A DNA stretch of 64,000 nucleotides from Candidatus Kaiserbacteria bacterium (GCA_017134395.1 CP070993.1:87231-151230); one strand, 5' to 3'. Counted from the stretch's first letter, positions 16,844 through 27,705 are shown. The notes: generated from the sequence alone by a model not told the origin. Translations and numbers: made by a program.

Positions 16844-18739
16844 TCAGAGCGTCCTTTCTGGGTCAACGTCAACACTTCCAGTAGATGGGAGCGCTTTGAG
16901 GATGGATGTAAGTTTCGTGTCTGGCCACGAGCTGGTTTTTGTACGAATAAGTGCGTGAAGTTCGAGATTTGGTCCGCGAGGTATAAACCCTGCAAACACA
17001 CGTGGTTTGTATTCTTGTGTCAGTTCAATAAATTTCTGCATATTTCCAATAACAAGAGCCCTGGTTCCATTGAAAGTCACTTTTATCAAATGAGTATACG
17101 GCGGATAGTGCATTTTTTTGCGTAGTATAAGTTCATCTCGAGCATATTCTGAGAGTGAGCCAGTTTTTGCATGTTTGAGCATTGCATTGTTGGGTGAACT
17201 GGTCTCAATATATACGTGTTTCTGCGACCGTTCTTTTAATGTTGTAATGATTGCAAAAATTCTTTCCTCGATGCGAAAGTCAGGAATACACAAAAGGGAA
17301 TCTATTGAGCTCATGATGCTACAAGAAACTTCTTGTGTAATGTAGGGAAGCGTCATTTCGGTACCAATAAGAATTGCACCTTCTGTCTCATAAAATGAAT
17401 CGGTTATTTTTTTAGCCTTCGCTGGAGTTTTTGCCGTATCACTATTGAGTACAAAAAGTGGAGCCTCTGGGATATGCAGACGAATATATTCTTCTATACG
17501 TTCGATACCTATTCCTAATGGAACAAGATCCCAGCTATTGCATTGCATGCATGTTTCGTGTGCGTCTCGTGAGGTACCGCATCTATGACACAGAAGTTCA
17601 CGCGATTCGCCGCGTTTATGTAGCACAACGGGTGACTTGCAGTGCATACAGGTTACCGTTGTGTTGCAGTCGTTACATACTGTGTGAGAGGCGATACCTC
17701 GACGTGCCGCAAACACAAAAGAGTGCTCTTTACGTGAGTTACATTCTTTCAGTGCATCGATAGATTCATTCGTAAGTATTGGGAACTCTTTCTTTTTTTC
17801 TTTTGCGAATGTGCGTGCAGCTTTTGCGTCGATAATATGTGTTTTGCTACTCGTTCGTAGTTTTAAGGTATGTTCTTCAAGTTCGCGTACGAACCCACTC
17901 TCCATCTCTTTGTGCACTTTTAAACTGACTGTCGTTCCAGCATAGACGAGTGCACTACGCATTTCTTGTGCAAGATATTCTATGAGAATACGTGCATCAG
18001 CTCGCGGGCGGGCCTGTTGTTTGTAAGCAGACGACATTTCGTTCTCTAAAATAAACATCGAAATATCGTCTCGTGGAATGCTTGCAAACACTGGTGTTGC
18101 AATGATGAGTACCGGATGTGTTTCATCCAGAATTGCATCCCACGTTTCTTTTTGTTTCTTTGGGGACTGAGAACTCTCAAGAAGGAACGCATATTTTTCT
18201 ATGCCCTTACTGTATTCTTCATAGAGTACACGAGCCTCGCGAACAGTAGGAACGCACAGAAAGAGGGAGCCATCTTGTGCAAAGTTACTGCGAATTATTG
18301 TTTTATATTTTTCTATTCGGTCTTTACGGCTGAGTTGTAACATTAGTTTCTCGAAACCCGTGCCCACATTGTTATTTGTTTTTCTCTTCGTAGCATTACC
18401 TTCTTCTGCATCTTTAAGAATTGCTGCAGGCACATAGCTTTGTATAACTATACCGACGGAAGTTGCATAGTATTCTGCTGTTGTGTGTGCGGCGCGAACA
18501 AATTCAGACGAAAATACATGAAGTTCTTTTTGCTTTCGAATCTTTCGTGTTTCGTATAGATTTGTTTTGAGGAGTGCCTTAATGGCCCGAGCATCTTCTA
18601 CTTTATGTACAAGCGCAGGAATCTCTTTCTTTCTTAGTGGTACATGTATAACACTGCCGACAGTGAAATCTTGTGGCGAGAAGTACGAAAGTTGTTCGAG
18701 ACCTCCTTTTGCGATGGGTGTGACGTGTACTATGAACAT
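16844..18739 (-). CDS. priA: Primosomal protein N' (helicase motifs degenerate)
   Basis: RRG-CxxC-CxxC-CxxC-CxxC zinc region, GIGIER, YPPY. Confidence 0.9.
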   Translation of the reverse strand: MFIVHVTPIAKGGLEQLSYFSPQDFTVGSVIHVPLRKKEIPALVHKVEDARAIKALLKTNLYETRKIRKQKELHVFSSEFVRAAHTTAEYYATSVGIVIQSYVPAAILKDAEEGNATKRKTNNNVGTGFEKLMLQLSRKDRIEKYKTIIRSNFAQDGSLFLCVPTVREARVLYEEYSKGIEKYAFLLESSQSPKKQKETWDAILDETHPVLIIATPVFASIPRDDISMFILENEMSSAYKQQARPRADARILIEYLAQEMRSALVYAGTTVSLKVHKEMESGFVRELEEHTLKLRTSSKTHIIDAKAARTFAKEKKKEFPILTNESIDALKECNSRKEHSFVFAARRGIASHTVCNDCNTTVTCMHCKSPVVLHKRGESRELLCHRCGTSRDAHETCMQCNSWDLVPLGIGIERIEEYIRLHIPEAPLFVLNSDTAKTPAKAKKITDSFYETEGAILIGTEMTLPYITQEVSCSIMSSIDSLLCIPDFRIEERIFAIITTLKERSQKHVYIETSSPNNAMLKHAKTGSLSEYARDELILRKKMHYPPYTHLIKVTFNGTRALVIGNMQKFIELTQEYKPRVFAGFIPRGPNLELHALIRTKTSSWPDTKLTSILKALPSTGSVDVDPERTL

Positions 18740-18819
18740 AGTGCAAATAGCATACCATAGGGGATATAATACTTGCGTTATACCATATATGATATACCAT
18801 AACCGCATTAGGATTTGAC

Positions 18820-20334
18820 ATGGCATCAGACTCTCATAAGAAAATCGGACTCTTCATAAAGGAGCTTCGCCGCAAGCGAGGGCTCACGCAAAAGGCTTTT
18901 TCTGAAGCACTTGGCACTTCGCAGTCAGCTGTAGCTCGCATGGAAAAAGGGGAACAAAACCTTTCGTCTGCACAGTTGTTTAAAATAAGTGACGTACTTC
19001 ATCACCAAGTTGTCGGTATTAAAGAGAGTGTTGATTTCCAGATTGAAGGCGGAAAGAAACTACACGGTACTGCTGTTACGAATACTTCAAAAAATGGCGC
19101 GCTGGCACTTATGTGCACAGCGCTTTTAAACAATGCACCAACTACTATTCATGGTATACCACGAATTGAGGAAATCTATCGAATGATAGAGGTGTTTAAA
19201 AGCATTGGAGTACAGCTCGAGTCTGTAGATAGAACATCACTCAAAATAACTCCACCAAAAAACTTTAAACTTTCGAGCATTGATAAAGCGTCAGCAAAGA
19301 AGATGCGCTCAGTGCTTATGCTTATCGGTCCAATGCTTCACAACAAGACTGAATTTACACTACCGCATGCCGGAGGTTGTAACATGGGTGACCGAACGAT
19401 TGCGGCGCACCGTCATGCGCTCGAGGCACTTGGGCTAAAAGTTCGAACGTACGAGAACCACTACGCGTTTTCTCAAAAGAAACTAAAGCCTGCTGAAATT
19501 ATTATGTATGAGGCAAGTGATACTGCTGCAATAAACGCATTGATGACTGCAGCACTTATTCCGGGCAAGACGGTTATTAAATACGCGCCACCAAACTATC
19601 AAGTGCAAGACGTATGCTTTTTGCTGAGACAATTTGGCGTACGTATTGATGGGGTTGGCACTACAACCTTGACCGTATACGGAGTAGAAGAAATAAATAA
19701 AGAAATTACACACTACAACAGTGAAGACCCAATAGAGTCCATGATGTTTATCAGTGCAGCAGCAGTAACTAACTCGGAGCTTACCGTAAAGCGATGTCCA
19801 ATAGATTTTCTTGAGGTAGAGCTTTTGAAACTTTCGTACATGGGTCTTAAGTTTGAGAAGAGTGATATGTACTTTGCGAAGAATGGAAAGACAAAATTGG
19901 TGGATATAACAATCTACCCCTCAGAACTAAAAGCGTCTGCTTTAAAAATTCATCCGTTACCGTATCCTGGTTTAAACATCGATAACTTGCCATTTTTCGT
20001 ACCTATTGCTACTCAAGCAAAAGGCACAACACTTATACATGATTGGGCATGGGAGGGACGTGCGATTTACTTCACTGAATTAAATCGCCTTGGAGCTGAT
20101 GTAAAACTGGCTGATCCACACCGTGTGTTTGTAACAGGAAAAACTGAGCTTAAAAGTGCGCAAGTGGTATGTCCTCCAGCACTGCGTCCTGCAGTTGTAG
20201 TGCTTATTGCAATGCTTGCAGCTGAAGGTACGTCACTACTGAGAAATGTGTACTCAATAGAAAGAGGGTACGAGCGAATTGCTGAACGGCTTTCAGATAT
20301 TGGTGCTCACATTGAAGTGGTCAGCGAGCTGTAG
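18820..20334 (+). CDS. murA: UDP-GlcNAc enolpyruvyl transferase with N-terminal XRE HTH
   Basis: SKNGA, GGCNMGDR, PYPG, IERGYE; N-terminal LTQ...SQSAVARMEKG. Confidence 0.95.
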   Translation: MASDSHKKIGLFIKELRRKRGLTQKAFSEALGTSQSAVARMEKGEQNLSSAQLFKISDVLHHQVVGIKESVDFQIEGGKKLHGTAVTNTSKNGALALMCTALLNNAPTTIHGIPRIEEIYRMIEVFKSIGVQLESVDRTSLKITPPKNFKLSSIDKASAKKMRSVLMLIGPMLHNKTEFTLPHAGGCNMGDRTIAAHRHALEALGLKVRTYENHYAFSQKKLKPAEIIMYEASDTAAINALMTAALIPGKTVIKYAPPNYQVQDVCFLLRQFGVRIDGVGTTTLTVYGVEEINKEITHYNSEDPIESMMFISAAAVTNSELTVKRCPIDFLEVELLKLSYMGLKFEKSDMYFAKNGKTKLVDITIYPSELKASALKIHPLPYPGLNIDNLPFFVPIATQAKGTTLIHDWAWEGRAIYFTELNRLGADVKLADPHRVFVTGKTELKSAQVVCPPALRPAVVVLIAMLAAEGTSLLRNVYSIERGYERIAERLSDIGAHIEVVSEL

Positions 20335-20343
20335 TCAAAAGAG

Positions 20344-21099
20344 TTAAATGGATACTGAGAAGTATTGTCCTGCTTCTTCAATAAATAGTTTATTTGAACG
20401 AATTGGATCAGCTGCTGCTTTAGGTGAGCCTCCTGAGTAGATTGGCTGGAAATTTTGAAGGCTACTTGCGCGTAAGTCGAGAGCAAAAACATTTGTCTGT
20501 GTTGCGACGATTATCGCATCATTCCTATCTCCATACCACAATACGTTTCGTATGGGCGAAGTCGACGAAAATACTGTACGAACAATATCACCATCTTGAG
20601 TGAGGATGTTTGATCCTTCAACCCACACAAGAATGCCCGTTCGATTAAGTGGCTGGATACGAGTTGGTTCACGGTATTGTGCAATTTCTTGTTCTGCACG
20701 AATGCGAACTGGGTCAGCAGCATTGCTGAGTACTTCGCCATCAGTTTCTTCTAATACCTGGAGTGGAGCAAGTGTCATTGTTGATCCTGCATCTATATCG
20801 AAATCGAGAATCCATGGCCATCTTTCAGGATGAGCAACAAGTACGTTGCGCATACCTGGTTTGATACCAAGGAACTCTCCAGAACCATTGTTTTGTATCC
20901 GCCCAACGCGGTGACTGTCAATAAAAACAGCGCTGTCTGGGACAGCATTTGTAATTTCAAGTACACCTCCTTTCACGAGGTACGGCCCAGAGAAGACATA
21001 GCCTGCTTGGCTAATAACACCAAAGGCAAGAACAATAACGGCTACAACTATGCCACCAGCGAATATGTATTTCTTTCGGGGGTCGTTTTTTATTTTCAT
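20344..21099 (-). CDS. Membrane-anchored PEGA-like/beta-rich surface protein
   Basis: N-terminal TM followed by GGVLEI...AVFID...IKPG. Confidence 0.65.
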   Translation of the reverse strand: MKIKNDPRKKYIFAGGIVVAVIVLAFGVISQAGYVFSGPYLVKGGVLEITNAVPDSAVFIDSHRVGRIQNNGSGEFLGIKPGMRNVLVAHPERWPWILDFDIDAGSTMTLAPLQVLEETDGEVLSNAADPVRIRAEQEIAQYREPTRIQPLNRTGILVWVEGSNILTQDGDIVRTVFSSTSPIRNVLWYGDRNDAIIVATQTNVFALDLRASSLQNFQPIYSGGSPKAAADPIRSNKLFIEEAGQYFSVSI

Positions 21100-21138
21100 A
21101 TTTTCATTTAAGCAATTTTTTAGGCATTTGCAAAGGGA

Positions 21139-21166
21139 TAGGGCGATCGCGTTGCGGTCGCCCTAT
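21139..21166 (-). terminator. Terminator hairpin of orphan gene
   Basis: ATAGGGCGA...TCGCCCTAT inverted repeat. Confidence 0.7.
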
Positions 21167-21168
21167 AT

Positions 21169-21447
21169 TTAGTGCAGATTCTTCTGAGCGGTTAGTCCCC
21201 ACTCGCTTTTTCCAAAGATTTTGGACAACGTGAAGAGTGTCCCTGGAATCTTTGCAGACACCTGGAGACATCCGTCGCCACACTCTCGGTAAATCAACTC
21301 AACGTCCTCATCTGCTTGAGGAATTGTGCACGAGAGAGAGCCTAAAAGATCATTCTCCATATCTTCTATACATGCACGTGCATTTTCAGAAAGAGATACT
21401 GCATCTATCGGCAGCTCTGGATTTTTAGAGAATATGTTAAACATCAT
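21169..21447 (-). CDS. Orphan acidic 92-aa protein (SD-led cassette)
   Basis: AAAGGAGG SD; plausible TTGCCA-17-AATAGT promoter; own terminator. Confidence 0.7.
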   Translation of the reverse strand: MMFNIFSKNPELPIDAVSLSENARACIEDMENDLLGSLSCTIPQADEDVELIYRECGDGCLQVSAKIPGTLFTLSKIFGKSEWGLTAQKNLH

Positions 21448-21553
21448 TTCCTCCTTTCGTCTGTTTCCACTATTGCATTCTCAATTCATCTTGGCAACCA
21501 CATATTCACATATTTGTAAAAGTGTTGGAAACAAGTACAATCACGGTACTTCT

Positions 21554-22570
21554 ATGAAATTCTCATTTACCCCAAAATTAGGTATCGATCTTGGAACGAC
21601 CTACACACTCATTTATGTTCCTGGTAAGGGAGTTGTGCTGCGTGAGCCATCTGTAGTTGCTATTTCAGAGCAAGAAAATAAGATTCTTGCAGTAGGAGAC
21701 GAAGCAAAAGAAATGGTAGGGCGTACTCCTGACGATATTGTTGCGTATCGACCAATGAAAGATGGTGTTATCGCAGACTATCGGGTCACCGAAGCCATGT
21801 TGCGCTATTACATGCGTAAAGCTACGAAGTGGTGGAGTATATTTCGACCTGACGTTATGATCTCTGTTCCTGCTGGAGTTACTTCAGCTGAACGCCGTGC
21901 AGTTATTGAAGCAGCAGTAAAAGCTGGCGCTAAAACCGCACAGGTTGTAAAAGAACCTATATTGGCCGCAATTGGTGCAGGTATTCCTATTCATGAAGCA
22001 CAGGGACACATGATTGTAGACATTGGAGGAGGCACAACTGATGTTGCGGTGATTTCACTTGGTGGAATCGTGGCTTCAACATCAGTTAAGTGTGCTGGTA
22101 ACCGGATAGATGAAGCTATTACCGCACACATAAAAAAAACATTTAACCTTGCGATTGGTGACAAAAGTGCAGAGGATGTCAAAACTCAGATAGGTTCAGC
22201 TATTCCACTGGAAGATGAGCTAACGATGACTGTTAAGGGGCGTGATTATCTAACAGGGCTTCCTCGTTCGGTTGAATTGAGTACGAACGAAGTGGTAAAG
22301 GCTATCGGGCGTGAACTACGCGAGATTGTAAAAGCCATTCGTGATGTCCTGCAAGACACTCCACCTGAATTAGCGGCAGATATCATTGATAACGGGATTA
22401 CAATGTCGGGTGGTTCGAGTCAATTACGTAATTTGCCAGAGCTTGTATATCGTCGTACTGGAGTCAAGGCAACTCTCGCTGAAGATCCTTTGTACAGTGT
22501 GGCAAAAGGAACAGGAATTGCATTACAGCATTTAGATATATATAAGAAGGCGATTCTTTCTAAGAGATAA
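21554..22570 (+). CDS. mreB: MreB/Mbl actin homolog, paralog 1
   Basis: GIDLGT, DIGGGTTD, TPPELAADI; start trimmed to MKFSF. Confidence 0.95.
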   Translation: MKFSFTPKLGIDLGTTYTLIYVPGKGVVLREPSVVAISEQENKILAVGDEAKEMVGRTPDDIVAYRPMKDGVIADYRVTEAMLRYYMRKATKWWSIFRPDVMISVPAGVTSAERRAVIEAAVKAGAKTAQVVKEPILAAIGAGIPIHEAQGHMIVDIGGGTTDVAVISLGGIVASTSVKCAGNRIDEAITAHIKKTFNLAIGDKSAEDVKTQIGSAIPLEDELTMTVKGRDYLTGLPRSVELSTNEVVKAIGRELREIVKAIRDVLQDTPPELAADIIDNGITMSGGSSQLRNLPELVYRRTGVKATLAEDPLYSVAKGTGIALQHLDIYKKAILSKR

Positions 22571-22602
22571 GAGGTAATCGGGGTGCAGTGTATAATAACT
22601 TC

Positions 22603-23253
22603 ATGGATTTCTCGAAGATAATCGATATTGCTGATATGCACCACGCATATCTTCTTGAAGACACTGAAGAGATGTTTAATGAGCTCCAACATCATTTACG
22701 TACCATAAACGATACTTCTGAAGTATACGTTCGAGATTTTGAATCCCTCGGAATAGATGACAGCAGAGAACTTATTCATCTCGCAAATATGCGTTCAGTT
22801 GGTACGCAACTATTTATATTTAGAGCACGTTCGTGTACACGAGAAGCTCAGAATGCACTATTGAAACTCTTTGAAGAACCACCAGAGCGTACGCACTTTT
22901 TTCTCTGCGTTTCTAGTGCAAGTGATATTTTACCTACGCTACGTTCTAGGGTTTTTACTATTGAATCTGAAGCACAGGAAGAAAACAATAGCTCTTTAGG
23001 AAAGGATTTTCTTAAGGCGACTCTCGGTGAGCGCATCTCACTTCTTGAGCCGATAGTAAAAGAAAAGGATTTAAAAAGTGCAGAACTTCTTCTTAACGGT
23101 GTTGAGTATGAGCTGTATAAAAACAAAGCACATGTGTCGTATGGCGCAGCTTCGAAGCATGTTGTAGAAGTACGTAAAGTCATAAAAGACAAAGGAGCTT
23201 CGCTGAAAATACTTATGGAAAGTGTTGCATTGGTGACACCGCAACTTTCCTAA
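22603..23253 (+). CDS. holB: DNA polymerase III delta-prime-like subunit (short)
   Basis: HHAYLL, EAQNALLKLFEEPP, ILPTLRSR. Confidence 0.8.
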   Translation: MDFSKIIDIADMHHAYLLEDTEEMFNELQHHLRTINDTSEVYVRDFESLGIDDSRELIHLANMRSVGTQLFIFRARSCTREAQNALLKLFEEPPERTHFFLCVSSASDILPTLRSRVFTIESEAQEENNSSLGKDFLKATLGERISLLEPIVKEKDLKSAELLLNGVEYELYKNKAHVSYGAASKHVVEVRKVIKDKGASLKILMESVALVTPQLS

Positions 23254-23280
23254 TGGCTAAAGTGTTTGTATACTTGCAGT

Positions 23281-23829
23281 ATGTACGATTTTAAAACAAT
23301 AGAACAAAAGATAGTAGAAACAAAAGAATGGCTTCAAAAGGAATATCAGGGTCTTCGGACGGGACGGGCGACACCAACATTGCTCGACTCTGTGCAAATC
23401 GAAAGCTATGGATCTCGCATTCCACTTAGTCAAGCAGCCAACATTGGTGTTGAAGATGCGCGGACGCTTCGCATTACTCCTTGGGACGCTTCGCAAGTTA
23501 AGGAGATTGAAAAAGCAATTACCAATGCGAACTTTGGCGTTGGTATATCGACTGATGAGAAAGGGGTAAGGATTTCTTTTCCAGAATTAACTTCAGAACG
23601 GAGAGCCTCGCTTGTTAAGCTCGGTAAAGATAAACTTGAAGATGCTCGACAAAGCCTTCGTGTTGCACGAGAAGAAACCTGGAATGATATTCAGTCAAAA
23701 GAAAAAGATGGAGAGTTAAGTGAAGATGATAAGTTTCGCAATAAAGAAGAATTGCAAAAACGTATCGATGAAGCGAATGCATCACTTGAAGGGTTATTTA
23801 AAAAGAAGGAAACTGAAATTCAGCAATAA
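23281..23829 (+). CDS. frr: Ribosome recycling factor
   Basis: LRTGRATP, FPELTSERR. Confidence 0.96.
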   Translation: MYDFKTIEQKIVETKEWLQKEYQGLRTGRATPTLLDSVQIESYGSRIPLSQAANIGVEDARTLRITPWDASQVKEIEKAITNANFGVGISTDEKGVRISFPELTSERRASLVKLGKDKLEDARQSLRVAREETWNDIQSKEKDGELSEDDKFRNKEELQKRIDEANASLEGLFKKKETEIQQ

Positions 23830-23832
23830 GAT

Positions 23833-24942
23833 ATGTCATTTATTCTGTTCGTTGCGATACTAGTTATCCTCATTGTTGTTCATGAGCTTGGTCACTTTTT
23901 GGTGGCGAAACTTTTTGGTATCCGAGTTGAAGAGTTTGGTATTGGGTACCCACCGCGTGCTTTCACTATTGGTACGTTTGGACACACCACCTACACAATA
24001 AACTGGCTACCATTTGGGGGATTTGTTCGTATATTCGGTGAGCGACATGATGAAGAATATACAGACACAGAGCGTAAACAGGCGTTTGTACACGCACCAA
24101 AAATAAAGCAGGCAGCAGTCCTATTTGCAGGTATTCTTTTTAACCTCGTATTTGCGTGGTTCTTGTTCACGCTCACTCTTTTTATGGGGGCACCAACTGC
24201 AATAGATGAATCAGAAGCAGCTGGGCTTGAAACACGTCTCATTGTAAGTTCTGTTGTTGCAGGCTCTCCTGCAGGACTAGCAGGTTTAGTTGCTGGGGAT
24301 GAAATAGTTGCAATCGAAACACCTAAGGCTACCCTCGAAACACTCCTACCAAGTGAGGCTGCTACGTTTATCCAAGAGCGTGCTGGTAAGCAAATCGCAC
24401 TTTCATATATACGTGATTCAGAAACTCAGAAGATAGAGAATGTAACAGTAACACCAGCACACGGTGTATTAAACGAAACACCAGGAACGCCTGCAGTGGG
24501 TATTTCTATGGCACTTGTAGCTGACAAATCACTTTCCTTTGGGGAAGCAATTGTTGGAGGATTTACCACTACTGTAGTGGCACTGAAGACAGTTACTCTT
24601 GGCTTAGGCGCTTTTATTGTTTCAGCTGTAACGGGGAATGCTGACTGGGCTCAAATTGCTGGCCCGGTAGGTATCGCTGGATTAATTGGCGATGCTTCTT
24701 CTGTTGGAATCGTATACTTGTTGTACTTCACTGCATTCATCTCGGTGAACCTTGCCGTTATAAACTTACTTCCATTACCAGCGCTCGATGGCGGACGTTT
24801 GTTATTTGTACTTATCGAATCAATAACGCGGCGCCCTATAAATGAGAAAATAGGAACTGTTTTTAACGTTCTTGGATTCACTTTATTAATCCTTTTAATG
24901 GTAGTTGTAACGTATCATGATGTTGCACGATTGGTTTCTTAA
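23833..24942 (+). CDS. rseP: RIP metalloprotease RseP
   Basis: HELGH, PDZ domain, NLLPLPALDGG. Confidence 0.95.
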   Translation: MSFILFVAILVILIVVHELGHFLVAKLFGIRVEEFGIGYPPRAFTIGTFGHTTYTINWLPFGGFVRIFGERHDEEYTDTERKQAFVHAPKIKQAAVLFAGILFNLVFAWFLFTLTLFMGAPTAIDESEAAGLETRLIVSSVVAGSPAGLAGLVAGDEIVAIETPKATLETLLPSEAATFIQERAGKQIALSYIRDSETQKIENVTVTPAHGVLNETPGTPAVGISMALVADKSLSFGEAIVGGFTTTVVALKTVTLGLGAFIVSAVTGNADWAQIAGPVGIAGLIGDASSVGIVYLLYFTAFISVNLAVINLLPLPALDGGRLLFVLIESITRRPINEKIGTVFNVLGFTLLILLMVVVTYHDVARLVS

Positions 24943-25005
24943 TTGCACTGCAAGGGATTTGGATGCATTATGTGTGAAGGTATTATTGAATAATAAGGGA
25001 AAATT

Positions 25006-25224
25006 ATGAAATCAATAGAGAAAAATGACTCGGTATCTATCGATCCAGAGAACGCTAATGAGGGAGATAGAGTGTCAATAATTAGGGTGGATAAGACTCG
25101 ATTTGACGGTTTTGTTTTAAATAACACCGGAAGTACGCTAAAAATTGGACGCGATATGCACTCTCGTGGTTACGATGTCAACGAAATCAAATATGACGAC
25201 ATACTGATTGTTCAACGGTATTAA
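25006..25224 (+). CDS. Orphan 72-aa beta-rich protein (SD-led cassette)
   Basis: AAGGGA SD; terminator AAACCTCAGAC...GTCTGGGGTTT at about 25242-25272. Confidence 0.65.
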   Translation: MKSIEKNDSVSIDPENANEGDRVSIIRVDKTRFDGFVLNNTGSTLKIGRDMHSRGYDVNEIKYDDILIVQRY

Positions 25225-25356
25225 CTATTATTGTAATTGTACAAACCTCAGACATTTGGTGTCTGGGGTTTTCTTATGGTTGTATAATTTCGTGCGTATT
25301 GATTCGCAAGGTGTAAACTTCATTTCAGTCATATTTTTTGGTAGTATTGCAACACT

Positions 25357-26613
25357 ATGAATCACACACTTCGTCAGTCTCACCTTTTTACCAAGACGCG
25401 CAAAGAAGCGCCTGCAGACGAAGTATCACGAAATGCTCAATTACTTATTCGGGCAGGATACATCCATAAGGAAATGGCTGGCGTATACGCTTACCTACCT
25501 CTAGGTATTCGCGTTATCGAAAAAATAAAAGATATTGTACGCGAAGAGATGAATACCATTGATGGGCAGGAGCTTATAATGACCGCACTGCAGCGTAAAG
25601 AATTGTGGAGCAAGACCGACCGATGGAGCGATGAGAATGTCGATGTGTGGTTTAAATCTAAATTAGCTGCTGGTGGAGAAGTTGGATTTGGCTGGTCACA
25701 CGAAGAACCTATCGCAGAGATGATGCGAAACTACGTTTCAAGCTTTCGCGACTTGCCAGTATATGTCTATCAGTTCCAAACAAAATTACGTAACGAATTA
25801 AGAGCCAAGAGCGGCATCATGCGAGGAAGGGAGTTTGTGATGAAGGACATGTATTCTTTCTCACTTGGTAAGGATGACCACGATGTGTTCTACGAGAATG
25901 CCACGCAAGCATATAAGCGTGTTTTTGATCGCGTTGGCGTTGGAGAAGATACATTTGTAACCTTTGCAGCAGGAGGTGCCTTTACTCAGTTCAGTCACGA
26001 ATTTCAGACTATTACCGAAGCAGGTGAAGATGTTATTTACATAAATCGTGAGAAAAACATTGCCATCAATGAAGAAGTTTTGAACGATGAGACATTGGCT
26101 GATTTAGGAGTTACGAAAGACGAGCTCGAGAAAGTCTCAACTGCTGAAGTTGGAAACATATTTAACTTTAGTACTCAGAAAAGTGAGGAGCTTGGACTTA
26201 CATTTAAAGATAGCGAAGGAAAGAACGTGCCAGTATGGATGGGTTCATATGGTATCGGGATTACACGCCTTATGGGTGTGTTGGTTGAAAAATTTGCTGA
26301 CGCCAAGGGGTTAGTATGGCCTGAAGCCGTTGCGCCGTTTGGTCATCATTTAATTGTGCTCGACAATGGAAACGAAGAGGTTCGTGCAGATGCGGAGCGA
26401 TTGTTTAATGAAATGAAAGTTCGCAACATGTCTGTGCTCTATGATGACCGGGACGCGCGAGCTGGAGAAAAATTCGCAGATGCTGACCTGATAGGGATTC
26501 CTAAAAGAATTATTGTGAGCGAAAAAACACTTGCTTCAGGTGAGTACGAACTAGTCACACGATCTACCGGTGTATCAACATTTATACACGAACAAGAACT
26601 TCTAAGCGACTAA
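25357..26613 (+). CDS. proS: Prolyl-tRNA synthetase without editing insert
   Basis: LLIRAG, RGREFVMKDMYSF, GSYGIGITR, GEKFADADLIG. Confidence 0.95.
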   Translation: MNHTLRQSHLFTKTRKEAPADEVSRNAQLLIRAGYIHKEMAGVYAYLPLGIRVIEKIKDIVREEMNTIDGQELIMTALQRKELWSKTDRWSDENVDVWFKSKLAAGGEVGFGWSHEEPIAEMMRNYVSSFRDLPVYVYQFQTKLRNELRAKSGIMRGREFVMKDMYSFSLGKDDHDVFYENATQAYKRVFDRVGVGEDTFVTFAAGGAFTQFSHEFQTITEAGEDVIYINREKNIAINEEVLNDETLADLGVTKDELEKVSTAEVGNIFNFSTQKSEELGLTFKDSEGKNVPVWMGSYGIGITRLMGVLVEKFADAKGLVWPEAVAPFGHHLIVLDNGNEEVRADAERLFNEMKVRNMSVLYDDRDARAGEKFADADLIGIPKRIIVSEKTLASGEYELVTRSTGVSTFIHEQELLSD

Positions 26614-26622
26614 GTTTACAGT

Positions 26623-27705
26623 ATGGATCGCTTAAAAACATTGGTTAAAAGTATACGCGCTCGATTCTCGGGCCTTGTGTCTGATGATATCGGTATTGAT
26701 CTTGGTACCGCTAACACTCTTGTCTATGTGAATGGAAGGGGAATTGTAATTAATGAACCTTCAATGGTAGCTCTTAACCAGAAAACTGGGCAGGTTGTTG
26801 CAGTTGGTGCAGATGCAAAGAAGATGCTTGGGAGAACGCCATCACATATTGTCGCAGTACAGCCGCTTATTGATGGAGTGATTTCTGACTTTGAAGTAAC
26901 TGAAGAAATGCTTAGTTACCTCATCCGGAAAGCACAAGACGGAAAATCACGTCTGTTAGGCCCTCGTGTTGTTATCGGTGTACCTTCGGGGATTACATCT
27001 GTTGAGGTACGAGCAGTACAAGATGCGGCGCGTAACGCTGGTGCACGCCAAGTTTTTATTGTTGAAGAGCCTATGGCAGCAGCTATCGGCATCCGGCTTC
27101 CTGTTAAAGACCCTTCTGGTTCAATGGTTATTGATATTGGCGGAGGAACCACCGACATCGGTATCGTGTCTTTGGGTGGGTTAGTGAACGCAAAAAACGT
27201 ACGGATTGCAGGAGACAAACTAAACGATGACATCATAAACTACATTCGAAGTGAGTTTAAAATACTTATTGGTGCAAAATCTGCAGAAGAATTAAAAATT
27301 GCAGTAGCTGCCGTATTGGAAGAAGACATACCACTTGAAGCAACCGTCCGCGGACGCGATCTTGTAACTGGACTACCACGAGAAATCACTATTACAGATG
27401 CTGATATACGAGAAGCTATAGCAAGTTCAGTAGATCAGTTGATAGATTCAGTTAAAGAAGTTCTTGAGACAGCGCCTCCTGAAGTAGTGTCAGATGTTAT
27501 GAGAAGAGGGATTTATCTTGCAGGAGGAGGGGCACTTATTCGGGGTCTTGCTGAACTGCTGACTGAACATCTCGGGGTTGCAGTATATGTTTCGGACGAT
27601 CCGCTTACTGCTGTTGTTCGTGGTACTGGGATGATACTCGAAGACATAGACGCGTATGAGGAAGCACTTATAACACAAAGCCATGAACTTTCACCTACAG
27701 AATAA
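26623..27705 (+). CDS. mreB: Rod shape protein MreB, paralog 2
   Basis: GIDLGTANT, DIGGGTTD, GGGAL; precedes mreC. Confidence 0.96.
   Translation: MDRLKTLVKSIRARFSGLVSDDIGIDLGTANTLVYVNGRGIVINEPSMVALNQKTGQVVAVGADAKKMLGRTPSHIVAVQPLIDGVISDFEVTEEMLSYLIRKAQDGKSRLLGPRVVIGVPSGITSVEVRAVQDAARNAGARQVFIVEEPMAAAIGIRLPVKDPSGSMVIDIGGGTTDIGIVSLGGLVNAKNVRIAGDKLNDDIINYIRSEFKILIGAKSAEELKIAVAAVLEEDIPLEATVRGRDLVTGLPREITITDADIREAIASSVDQLIDSVKEVLETAPPEVVSDVMRRGIYLAGGGALIRGLAELLTEHLGVAVYVSDDPLTAVVRGTGMILEDIDAYEEALITQSHELSPTE

Noticed and set aside
21326-21553. 76-aa N-terminal extension of MreB
   Set aside because: Overlaps a divergent orphan gene and promoter region; the MreB fold begins at 21554
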